From Thermodesulfobacteriota bacterium (GTDB lineage: Bacteria > Desulfobacterota > Desulfarculia > JACQYL01): DNA of 64,000 nucleotides. Below are positions 40,886 through 49,465 of the stretch, one piece after another. Below the pieces are notes generated by a model, which did no database searches, had not been told where the DNA came from, and saw only the letters and a list, made by a program, of their open reading frames with translations. Position 1 is the stretch's first letter, and each line of letters starts with the position of its first letter. Both the position numbers and the translations under genes were made by a program. The stretch covers positions 2,496,001 through 2,560,000 of the forward strand of contig CAXXLZ010000002.1 of the NCBI GenBank assembly GCA_963675595.2, read 5' to 3'.

Positions 40886-41613
40886 TTGTGGTCAAGCTGG
40901 ATCAATACGGCTACGTTAGGACGGCACATCGGTCGTACGGCAAGGGGATCAGGGAGATCGCTCGAGAGACGGGGCACTCCGGGAACACGATTAAGAGAGC
41001 ATTGCGGGAGGAATACGGCGGTTACGGCGAGAGGGGACATCAGCCTTATCCTTCTTTGGGGCCGTTTCTCAAAACGATTGACGCTTGGCCGACGGAAGAC
41101 CGGGAGCGGCCTCGGAAGCAATGACATACGGCGAGACGAATTTACCGCCGGCTTAAGAAAGAAGATGGGTTCGAGGGCGGGGAGAGCACGGTAAGGCGTT
41201 ACGTGCGTGAAGCGCGAAGGCGGCTGGGCGTTGGTGAACCCCGGGTCTTTATTCCCCTTGAGCCCGATCTCGGTATGGAGGCCGAGGTGGATTGGGGCGG
41301 CTGCCACGCCGTCGTGGCCGGGGGGTGCGTGAAGCTCAAGCTGTTTTGCATGCGTTCCAAGGGCGGCGGCAAACCGTTTGTACGCTGTTTTCCGTGCGAA
41401 CGGCAACAGGCGCTGTTTGAAGGACACATGGAAGCCTTCGCCTTCCACGGAGGAGTCTTCCGACGGTTGATCTACGACAACCTGACCACCGCGGTGGAGA
41501 AGGTGTTCAAAGGCAAGAAACGCAAGATTCAGGAAAGCTTCGAGCGATTTCGGGCGTACTACGGCTTTGTGCCCCGATTCTGCAATCGCAGCCGGGCGCA
41601 TGAGAAGGGATAA
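40886..41613 (+). pseudogene. istA: IS21-family transposase (IstA) remnant
   Basis: GIREIARETGHSGNTIKR HTH; KQ*HTARRIY with TGA at 41122-41124 where Arg is expected; EAEVDWG, YDNLTTAV, HEKG, then truncated; no istB. Confidence 0.88.
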
Positions 41614-41761
41614 GCATGCTCTCGTGGGAGAAGCGTACGGAGTCATGAAGGGGCAAGCCAACTAGACTGAAACGTCAACTTGCGCCCTCGTTCCAACCGG
41701 CCAACACCTTCAAGCGAACCGGTGGTCGGAAAAACACCCCAAAATCCAAAAGGGAGCACTC

Positions 41762-43498
41762 ATGTCCGACAACACACCTCACCCATTTGTCCTGGAGTTG
41801 GCCGACGAAACCCGCAAAGGCAAGGTCAGCCGACGTGATTTCTTGAAATATGCCACGCTAATGGGCGTTTCATTAGGAGCGGCGGGGAGCCTGATCGGCG
41901 TCACTCCGGCCCAGGCGGCCGAGGCGGCGAACATGGACTGGGCCTCCCTGCGGAGGCAGAGCCCCTTCGAGATCAAAAACCTGCTCATTGCGGAGGCAAA
42001 AAAGACTGCGGAGAGCAAACCCGGCGGCGAATGGATCAATGCGGGGCGCGGCAATCCGAATTTTCTGAATACCACGGCCCGCAAAGCCCTTTCCCTGCTT
42101 ACCCTCTTCGCCGTAGAACAGGCCGAAACCGGTTCACATTTCAATGACGGCGGGTACCGGGTTTCTCAGGCAGGCATTGCGAAGAGATTCGACGCGTTCA
42201 TGGCCCGGCATGTTGAAGATCCCGGGGGCAAATGTTTGCATGACGCCATTCAGTATGCATGCACCGGTCTGGGCATGAATCCGGACGACGTGGTCTTTCA
42301 GCTCACAGACGGTATCCAGGGCGACTTCTATCCGGATCCTCCGCGAATTTTTCCGGTAACAGAGGCGATCTTGAACAGATATCTGGATCGAGTGGTCTTC
42401 TCGGGACATCCGCCCGAGGGCAAGTTTCACCTGTTCGCCACGGAAGGCGCTACGGCGGCAATGATCTATATTTTCAACTCGTTGCGTGAGAATATGGTGC
42501 TCAACCCCGGTGACAAGGTGGCCATCGTAACTCCCATTTTCTCGCCCTATCTGGAGCTGCCCGTGCTCGCCGACTACGGCCTCGAGACCGTATACATCAA
42601 AGGCGACGAGTCCATGGGCTGGCAGATTCCGGACGAAGAGACGGCCAAACTCAAAGACCCAAAAATCAAAGCGCTTTACATGGTGAATCCCACCAACCCC
42701 ACTTCCGTGTCCCTCAACTCGGACACCACACACAGCATGGCCTCCACTATCCGCCGGTATAATCCGGACATGGTCATCATCTCCGATACGGTCTACGCGA
42801 GCTTTGTGGACAAATTCAATACCTTCGGTCGGGAGCTGCCCAGGAACATCCTCGGTGTCTATTCGTTTTCCAAGTACTTCGGAGTAACCGGCTGGCGGCT
42901 CGGAGTGGTGATGGTCCACGAGGATTGCGTCATAGACAAGATCATTGCCAGGCTGCCCAAGCGTGATCAGGCGAAGCTCGACCTGCGCTATCGGCTGACC
43001 TCCACGCATCCCGAAACCATCAGATTCTATCAACGTCTGGAAATGGATTCGCGCCAGGTTGCTCTGGCTCATACCGGAGGGCTTTCCGGTCCGCAGCAGA
43101 CGGCCATGAGCCTGTTCGCCCTTTTCGAATTGCTGGACGAGACTTTTGCCTACAAGGCGTCCATCATGGGCATCCTGAAAAGGCGCTGGACCGCCCTGTT
43201 CAAGGCTTTGGACATACCTGAGCCCACGGGAGACAACCTGACACGCTATTATGCGCTCATCGACCTGGGACGCCTGGCCGAAGCAAAGCACGGCAAGGCA
43301 TTTGCGGCAAAGATGATGAAGAGCGAGCCCCTGGATTTTGTATTCCGGCTGGCCCAAAAAGAGGCCACGGTGTGTCTGCCCGGTAAGGGCTTTGCGGGCC
43401 CGGACTGGTCGCTACGCGTGGCCCTCGCCAATATATCCGAGGAGGATTGCACCGCCATTGGCAACAATATCCTGAAGGTGCTGGAAAGCTACAAGTGA
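41762..43498 (+). CDS. L-aspartate 4-decarboxylase / aspartate aminotransferase (PLP fold I) with N-terminal Tat signal
   Basis: SPFEIKN, NAGRGNPN, FATEG, PIFSPYLE, VNPTNP, PLP lysine in VYSFSKYFGVTGWRLG, VALAHTGGLS; signal SRRDFLK...AQA-A. Confidence 0.9.
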   Translation: MSDNTPHPFVLELADETRKGKVSRRDFLKYATLMGVSLGAAGSLIGVTPAQAAEAANMDWASLRRQSPFEIKNLLIAEAKKTAESKPGGEWINAGRGNPNFLNTTARKALSLLTLFAVEQAETGSHFNDGGYRVSQAGIAKRFDAFMARHVEDPGGKCLHDAIQYACTGLGMNPDDVVFQLTDGIQGDFYPDPPRIFPVTEAILNRYLDRVVFSGHPPEGKFHLFATEGATAAMIYIFNSLRENMVLNPGDKVAIVTPIFSPYLELPVLADYGLETVYIKGDESMGWQIPDEETAKLKDPKIKALYMVNPTNPTSVSLNSDTTHSMASTIRRYNPDMVIISDTVYASFVDKFNTFGRELPRNILGVYSFSKYFGVTGWRLGVVMVHEDCVIDKIIARLPKRDQAKLDLRYRLTSTHPETIRFYQRLEMDSRQVALAHTGGLSGPQQTAMSLFALFELLDETFAYKASIMGILKRRWTALFKALDIPEPTGDNLTRYYALIDLGRLAEAKHGKAFAAKMMKSEPLDFVFRLAQKEATVCLPGKGFAGPDWSLRVALANISEEDCTAIGNNILKVLESYK

Positions 43499-43767
43499 TC
43501 CCTTCCCAAATCATGAGGGGAGCAAGGTTTCTTTCGGGGGGGTCAGGATTACTCTTGACTCCCGCCTGCCGGCAAATCGAAGCTCGTCTTCGACAGTAAG
43601 AAAAATCCGGAGGCCGGGAACCTACAAACGATACTCGGGTCTTTTGGTGAACTACCTCATCCCCGGTGCGAACCGGGAGATTGTCAACCGTCCGGATTCT
43701 CACCCCTCCGCACCCGGCTCAAACAGCAAAGGCGTAACCCGTTAAGATTACGCCTCAAATTGCTTTT

Positions 43768-43844
43768 TGGTGGCGATGCAGGGACTTGAACCCCGGACAC
43801 TGCGGATATGAGCCGCATGCTCTAACCGGCTGAGCTACATCGCC
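43768..43844 (-). tRNA. tRNA-Met(CAT), elongator type
   Basis: GGCGATGTAGCTCAGCCGGTTAGAGCATGCGG-CTCATAT-CCGCAGTGTCCGGGGTTCAAGTCCCTGCATCGCCACCA; complete cloverleaf, paired 1:72, encoded CCA. Confidence 0.95.
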
Positions 43845-43855
43845 TGAAAGAATGT

Positions 43856-43884
43856 ATCCTAGGAATCCGACCCCCTGTTGTCAA
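43856..43884 (-). promoter_or_regulatory. Sigma70 promoter of tRNA-Met
   Basis: TTGACA-17 nt-TAGGAT, ending 11 nt upstream of the tRNA. Confidence 0.75.
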
Positions 43885-44026
43885 CTACTTTCTCTTCACC
43901 CCGAAAAAAGAAATGCCTCATACGCCGGCGGTCCATCCTGAGCTCGGCTTCCACCGACGAGCTTTACCGCAGCGGCCGGGCGTTTCGCCTCAGCGGCATC
44001 ATCGGAATCCGAGAGGAGTCCCGTCC

Positions 44027-44920
44027 TCAGCCGTCTAAGAATCCCAAAAAACCCTGAACGCTGTTCCGAAGAAAAAACAGCTCCCGTTCCCTCTTGGCCG
44101 GGTTCATATGTGCCAGAGCCGCGAGCCCCGGATCCTCCTCCCGGACGCGGGCGAGACAGGCTTCGGCCCGATCCTCGAAACGGGGATTCTTTCGCTCCTC
44201 CTCAATCAACCGTTTCCAAAGGAGCAACTGGTCCTTATGTCGCGCAAGCATTTTCCGGGACGACTCGGCCATGCCGAAGTGCGCATAACACATGGGCGAA
44301 TCTTCCCCACGTACCAGAAACTCGATGCTCTCAACCGCCGAGCCCAAAAAAAACCTCGGAGGCGTAGACGGTCTCATGTAGTCCGGACTCTCCTCGGGCA
44401 GATGCACCCCCCCCGCCTCACCGGCGAACAGCAGGCCGCCGCACCGAAAACACAAATGATGGGCCGCGTGGCCGGGCGCGTCGATCACTTTGATGCCCGG
44501 CAGGTCCGCTCGAGTATGGGGAATGAGCTTTTCCGCGGGAACCGGGGACGGCTCTCCGTACAAGAGGGCCACTTCTCCCAAGGCTTTCTTGCTCCCTTCC
44601 CACAAGGGACCGGGAGCCGTAAGGTGCCGGACGGCTCTTTCATGGCAGACCACCACCGCCTCGGGAAACGCGTCCAGTAAAATTCCCAGTCCCCCCGCAT
44701 GATCGATGTGCAGATGGGTCAACAGCACGGCGTCCGGCTTCATGCCCACACCGCGCAAATAGTCCACCAGTTGGCTTGCGGAGGAAGCCGGCCCCACGTC
44801 CACCACGAACGATAGACTTCCCCGATAGATCCAACTGGACAAAAAACCGTCGAATCCGGCGTTTTCCTGCTTCAATTCCAATAGCGTCAGGCGATCACTC
44901 AAAATCCTAGCCGCGGTCAT
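44027..44920 (-). CDS. Metallo-beta-lactamase-fold hydrolase
   Basis: THLHIDHAGG, APGHAAHH, YAHFG. Confidence 0.88.
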   Translation of the reverse strand: MTAARILSDRLTLLELKQENAGFDGFLSSWIYRGSLSFVVDVGPASSASQLVDYLRGVGMKPDAVLLTHLHIDHAGGLGILLDAFPEAVVVCHERAVRHLTAPGPLWEGSKKALGEVALLYGEPSPVPAEKLIPHTRADLPGIKVIDAPGHAAHHLCFRCGGLLFAGEAGGVHLPEESPDYMRPSTPPRFFLGSAVESIEFLVRGEDSPMCYAHFGMAESSRKMLARHKDQLLLWKRLIEEERKNPRFEDRAEACLARVREEDPGLAALAHMNPAKRERELFFLRNSVQGFLGFLDG

Positions 44921-44933
44921 TCAGTCCCTCCGG

Positions 44934-46166
44934 TCACAGGTTCATGAGAAACTTCCTCAGGAAGTCCAGCCCGATGATGGTGCACCGTTCGTAGAGGGTG
45001 TTCTCCACTCCACCCAAGGAATAGTGCGCGGCCCGACAGGTTCCTTCCGATCCCACGCCGATGGACAGCTCCACCCGTAATCCGTCCTCCTCACGCTCTG
45101 GAAAGCCGAGCAATACGAGCCCCAGGTCGGCGCCGGCCTCCCGGGCGATTTTTCGTACCAAGGGAGGGATCACTTCCTGAACCGTGCTTGCCGAAGGCGG
45201 TTCCCAGAGCGAATCCCCCAAACGGCTTCTCAGCGATTCCAAATTGGAGAGCACGAGACCTTGCTTCGTCGAATTCCCGGGCTCCCGCGACAAACGCAGG
45301 GCCACTCCGCCCCCGGAAACGGTATCCAGCACTGCCAAGCTCTTTCCGGAATCGGCCAACTTCCCGGCCACCACTCCTTCCAGCGTATCGTCTCCCGAGC
45401 CGTAAACCAGCTTTCCAAGCCGGCCGCGTATTTCCTCCTCCACACCCTGGATCAGGGTCAGAGCTTCCACTTCATTTTTCGCTTCGGCCGCGATCCGTAC
45501 TTTGATGTCGCCGGGAGAGGCCAGAAGCCCGACCACGGGGTTCGTTCCCGAACGAATCAGGTCTCCGATTTCCCGATCCACGGAACTCTCCCCGAGACCG
45601 GTCACTTTGAGGACCCTGTAACAGATGGTCTTCCCTCCCAAGGCGAAATGCTCCTTGATCAGCGGAAGCAGCGTCTCCCGTGTGAGGTACTTGAGCTCAA
45701 CGGGTACTCCGGGCAGCGTGGCAATCAGCTTTCCCTCCCGTTGAACGTGAAACCCGGGTGCCGTGCCCCTGGGATTCAGTATGGGTTCCGCCCCTTCGGG
45801 AATGTAGGCCTGGAGACGATTATTGTCCGCCATGTGATAGCCGGCCCGTAGAAAAAACGCCTCGATACGATCCATGAGATCCTGACGAAACGTCAAGGGT
45901 ACTCCAAAAAAGTCGGCAATCGCCTGCCGGGTGAGATCGTCCTTGGTGGGACCCAAGCCGCCGGAACACACCACCAGGTCGGCCCGCGACCAGGCATTCC
46001 TCAGGACCGAGATCATCCGTTCCAGGTCGTCTCCCACCGTGCTGTGATAACATACGTCGACTCCCGCCCGGTTCAGCGTCTCAGCCAACCAGGCGGCGTT
46101 GGTGTCCACGATTTGGCCTAAAAGCAATTCGCTTCCAATCGTTACGATTTCACATACAGGCGCCAT
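44934..46166 (-). CDS. cinA: CinA-family protein (MoCF-like pyrophosphatase domain plus degenerate PncC domain)
   Basis: IGSELLLGQIVDTN, VGDD, SGGLGPTKDDLT, GTAPG, LPGVPVE. Confidence 0.85.
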   Translation of the reverse strand: MAPVCEIVTIGSELLLGQIVDTNAAWLAETLNRAGVDVCYHSTVGDDLERMISVLRNAWSRADLVVCSGGLGPTKDDLTRQAIADFFGVPLTFRQDLMDRIEAFFLRAGYHMADNNRLQAYIPEGAEPILNPRGTAPGFHVQREGKLIATLPGVPVELKYLTRETLLPLIKEHFALGGKTICYRVLKVTGLGESSVDREIGDLIRSGTNPVVGLLASPGDIKVRIAAEAKNEVEALTLIQGVEEEIRGRLGKLVYGSGDDTLEGVVAGKLADSGKSLAVLDTVSGGGVALRLSREPGNSTKQGLVLSNLESLRSRLGDSLWEPPSASTVQEVIPPLVRKIAREAGADLGLVLLGFPEREEDGLRVELSIGVGSEGTCRAAHYSLGGVENTLYERCTIIGLDFLRKFLMNL

Positions 46167-46368
46167 TTTCGGACCCCGATTTTGCGGTGTGTGAGCGTGG
46201 TGAGCACAGTGCATTTCAATAAATACCGTCCGCACTATACGGGAACTTGTGTCCGAGCCTCAAGGTGAATATAGTCCCTGGATCGAGGGCTTGCCGGCCC
46301 ATGGGCCTGTTGCGCCCATCTTTTTACCGTACCGGAATCCGGCCGCCGTGGTCCGGAGGCCGTGCAGG

Positions 46369-46519
46369 CAGCCCGCTGAAAAAGTCCGATTGTCGCAGAC
46401 TGTTGAAAAACGATGACATGCAAGGCGCGCAATTCCGGAGAAACGAGGCGTACATAGAAGTACGTCGCAGTGACGAGGGATGAAGCGCAACGCCTCGGAT
46501 CGCGTTTTTCAACGGTCTG
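46369..46519. repeat. Dispersed MITE-like element, best-preserved copy 4
   Basis: Terminal IR CAGACTGTTGAAAAA (46396) / TTTTTCAACGGTCTG (46519), preceded by a second end-like motif CAGCCCGCTGAAAAA. Confidence 0.75.
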
Positions 46520-46530
46520 GGAGGAGTTCC

Positions 46531-47541
46531 GTGACACACGCCGAGGCCGAAGCGGTGCTGCACAGATTCGGAGTCCATTCCCTAGTCCGCCTGGAACCGG
46601 CGGTTGGCGGGAAAATCCACGAAACGGTCTTTGTGGACGCTCCCAACGGCCGTCTCGTGCTCCAACGCGTGAGTCCTCCTTTTGATGAACGAAGCGCGAG
46701 AGATGTGGCTGCGGTCACCTCTTTCCTCGCGAAAGAAGATTTCCCTTCCCCAAGAATTCTTCGCGCCGATTCCGGAGAACCTTTCGTGAGGGTTTCCGGA
46801 AGTCTTTTCCGCCTGATGGAGAGAATGCCGGGCGGTTTGCGCCCCATGTTCGGACCGTCGGAAGCCTATGAAGCAGGACGCCTCACGGGCCGACTCCACG
46901 TATTGCTGGAGAAGCTGAGCCATCGGCCCGAGTTTTCCCTGGAAGGCGTCCACGACCCACCGACCGCTCTACGGAAACTCTTCCGCGCCGCTGAGAGGAA
47001 CGCGGGTAAAAAGGCCCAGGTTTCCGATCTGCTTGAAGTTTTCGCCCGGGAGATCACATCCCGCCCCCTACCGAAGGACCTCCCGCTTAGAAGTATCCAC
47101 GGCGACCTCAAGACCACGAATTTCCTGTGGGGAGAGACCGGCGCCCCCACCGCCCTCCTCGATTACGACACATTCAAACAGGGAAATTACCCCATGGAAA
47201 TGGCGGATGCGTTTCGTTCGTGGTGTGGAACTAATAACGCTCCGGACGGACCTGGTTTTAGTCTCGGTAAGTTACGGGCCGGGTGGAGAGGCTATCTCGA
47301 AACGGCCCCCCCCTGGAGTAGAGTGGAGGTTACCTCTCTGGCTGCCGCGATTCCCCTGATTTTCTTAGAGTTGGGCGCCAGGTACCTCGCCGATTTTTTC
47401 GAAGAATGTTATTTTGCGTGGGATCCTTCGAAATTCGAAAGCCGGGCGGCACACAACCTGCACCGAGCTCACCTCCAGTGGAACCTATTTCTCCAAACAA
47501 CAAACCAAGACGACGAAATTCGCGAGATTCTCCACGTTTGA
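46531..47541 (+). CDS. APH-family phosphotransferase, N-acetylhexosamine 1-kinase-like
   Basis: RBS GGAGGAG with GTG start; GKIHETV, VLQRV, IHGDLKTTN, LDYDT, ELGARYLAD, HNLHRA. Confidence 0.8.
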   Translation: MTHAEAEAVLHRFGVHSLVRLEPAVGGKIHETVFVDAPNGRLVLQRVSPPFDERSARDVAAVTSFLAKEDFPSPRILRADSGEPFVRVSGSLFRLMERMPGGLRPMFGPSEAYEAGRLTGRLHVLLEKLSHRPEFSLEGVHDPPTALRKLFRAAERNAGKKAQVSDLLEVFAREITSRPLPKDLPLRSIHGDLKTTNFLWGETGAPTALLDYDTFKQGNYPMEMADAFRSWCGTNNAPDGPGFSLGKLRAGWRGYLETAPPWSRVEVTSLAAAIPLIFLELGARYLADFFEECYFAWDPSKFESRAAHNLHRAHLQWNLFLQTTNQDDEIREILHV

Positions 47542-47580
47542 CACCGGGCGAGAATCTTTCGGCGCTGATTCGCGTTTCCC

Positions 47581-47609
47581 TTGTCTTAGCCCGGGTCGCC
47601 TTGTATGAT
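47581..47609 (+). promoter_or_regulatory. Putative sigma70 promoter
   Basis: TTGTCT-17 nt-TATGAT in the intergenic gap before 47741. Confidence 0.45.
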
Positions 47610-47740
47610 AGAGAATCGTGAGGGTTTGATTTTATCGCGGTTTCCGAGCATGGGTACGGCTCGAATTTCACCCTGCATGATACCTTCGGGCCGGGCTTCC
47701 GCGCCCTTTGGGTCCGCAGATCAAGGGAGGCTGGGGCCAA

Positions 47741-48283
47741 GTGACCAAAGTCGTCGACCTCGGTCAATACAGGCGAAAAATCGCGGCGGACAGAGCTTTC
47801 CACCACTGGAAGAAACGCTTCCAGGAAAAGCTGGATGAAGACTCCCGCCTGATCGAACTCACTGATTCGGCATTGGCCAAACTGCTGGAGCCCGGACAGG
47901 AGAGCCAGGACTTGGTCTACGTCATGATTATGGGAGCGCTGAACGTAAACCGACGAGTCTCCTTTACGGAATTGAACAGCGATACCAAGATGAAACTCCT
48001 GGACATCTCGCTCTTCTTTCTCGATCAAGTTCGTTTCGAATGCATGCGCAGATTGGGTTGGGTGGCCGGGTTTCCGGGAGAGTCGTATCCCATGATCGCC
48101 CTGGTGCTGGATTATCCCGAAGTCAAACAGAATTCTCGCCCCGCTTATCCGGAAATCACCAAAGAAAACCCGGACTACGAAGAATTCATGCAGGTATATC
48201 CGGGCGATCGTGAAATGTTCATTCGGCAGCAGATTCCCAAGGCGATCAAGACATTTACCCGACGCCTTCAAAACAAATCCTGA
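47741..48283 (+). CDS. Hypothetical protein
   Basis: RBS GGGAGG with GTG start; protein-like composition (KVVDLGQYR, DQVRFECMRRLGW); host-like codon usage. Confidence 0.75.
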   Translation: MTKVVDLGQYRRKIAADRAFHHWKKRFQEKLDEDSRLIELTDSALAKLLEPGQESQDLVYVMIMGALNVNRRVSFTELNSDTKMKLLDISLFFLDQVRFECMRRLGWVAGFPGESYPMIALVLDYPEVKQNSRPAYPEITKENPDYEEFMQVYPGDREMFIRQQIPKAIKTFTRRLQNKS

Positions 48284-48295
48284 CTTTTTGAGCCA

Positions 48296-49276
48296 ATGAA
48301 TCAAGGCAGCCCGCCTCTTCCGTCCGAAGCCGTCGTCCTCGCCGCCGGCTATGGAAACCGCCTTAGGCCGCTGACCCTGGTGCGTCCCAAACCGCTCAGC
48401 CCCGTGCTCAATCGCCCGGTGCTTTCCTGGGTGTTGAAGCATCTTGAACGGTTCGGCATCAGCCGGGTATCCGCCAACGCTCACCATCTACACGAGTGCC
48501 TGGAGCGTTTTGCGGCGAGCGGCGAATGGAGCATGGAATTGTCCATTGTGGTGGAATCCGCCATTTTGGGAACCGGCGGTGGAATCCGGAACTGCGCTTC
48601 CCAACTTTCCCGACGAAACCCCATACTGGTCATGAATGGAGACCTCCTCGCGGACATCGACCTGCACGCGCTTGTCGAAAACCATATCCGCGGCGGCGCC
48701 CTCGCCACTATGGCGCTTCACGATTACCCTCGTTTCAACATCGTTGCCGTTGAGGGGGATCGGGTTGCGGGATTCCAAAGAAAAGCGGACGACAATTTCG
48801 GGAACCTCCCCAGAATGGCCTTCACGGGAGTTCACGTGATCGAGCCGGAGCTCCTTTCCCGGATACCCGAAGGGCCTTCCAGTATCATCGATGTTTATGA
48901 AGAACTGATCCACCGGGGCGGTGCCGTTCAGGCTCATTTCTGTAAAGGACACTACTGGAAGGACGTGGGAAGCCTCAAGGATTACGCCGACGTCCATGCC
49001 GAGCTGTTGGCACGGGCTCCCGACCCCTTCCTGGTGCATGAATCCGCTGCCGTGAGCCCCGATGTACGGCTGGAGAATTGGGCCTGCGTGGGTCCTGACG
49101 TACGCTTGGGTGCAGGCTGTCGCGTGGCCCGTTCGATTCTTTGGGACGGGGTTCGGGTGGAAGAAGGTGTACACATCGAAGACGCAGTGGTGACGGACGG
49201 CGTCGTCGTGTCTCGAAACTTGCTCGGTGAGATTCTCACCGATGGAAGTTGCGTGGAAATGTTCCGATCTCCATGA
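48296..49276 (+). CDS. Sugar-phosphate nucleotidyltransferase (MurU/mannose-1-P guanylyltransferase-like)
   Basis: LAAGYGNRLRPLT..PKP, LGTGGG, NGD, WKDVG, C-terminal hexapeptide repeats. Confidence 0.88.
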   Translation: MNQGSPPLPSEAVVLAAGYGNRLRPLTLVRPKPLSPVLNRPVLSWVLKHLERFGISRVSANAHHLHECLERFAASGEWSMELSIVVESAILGTGGGIRNCASQLSRRNPILVMNGDLLADIDLHALVENHIRGGALATMALHDYPRFNIVAVEGDRVAGFQRKADDNFGNLPRMAFTGVHVIEPELLSRIPEGPSSIIDVYEELIHRGGAVQAHFCKGHYWKDVGSLKDYADVHAELLARAPDPFLVHESAAVSPDVRLENWACVGPDVRLGAGCRVARSILWDGVRVEEGVHIEDAVVTDGVVVSRNLLGEILTDGSCVEMFRSP

Positions 49277-49465
49277 TCCGCATGGTTTCCCGGAGCCTGA
49301 AACGCAAAGGGTTACCGTCTGTTGTCTTTTCCGCCGATCCGGTCGTTCCCTTTTCTTCCACGAACTCGGATCGAAAAAGGGGCTCGGATTCAAGACCTTC
49401 CGGACCTCCCGCAGACGGCTGGATCGCTCCACACTCGCACATCACACTTTTCCCGGATTCCCGCC

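Larger units (their letters stand above)
38145..43784. mobile_element. Degenerate genomic island integrated at tRNA-Met; no integrase visible
   Basis: Flanking 24-bp direct repeats that include the tRNA 3' end; AT-rich cargo gene; IS remnant. Confidence 0.75.

Noticed and set aside
41122-41124. In-frame TGA in istA as a second Sec codon
   Set aside because: It replaces the Arg of KQRHTA (likely CGA to TGA) in a truncated transposase, so it is ordinary decay.
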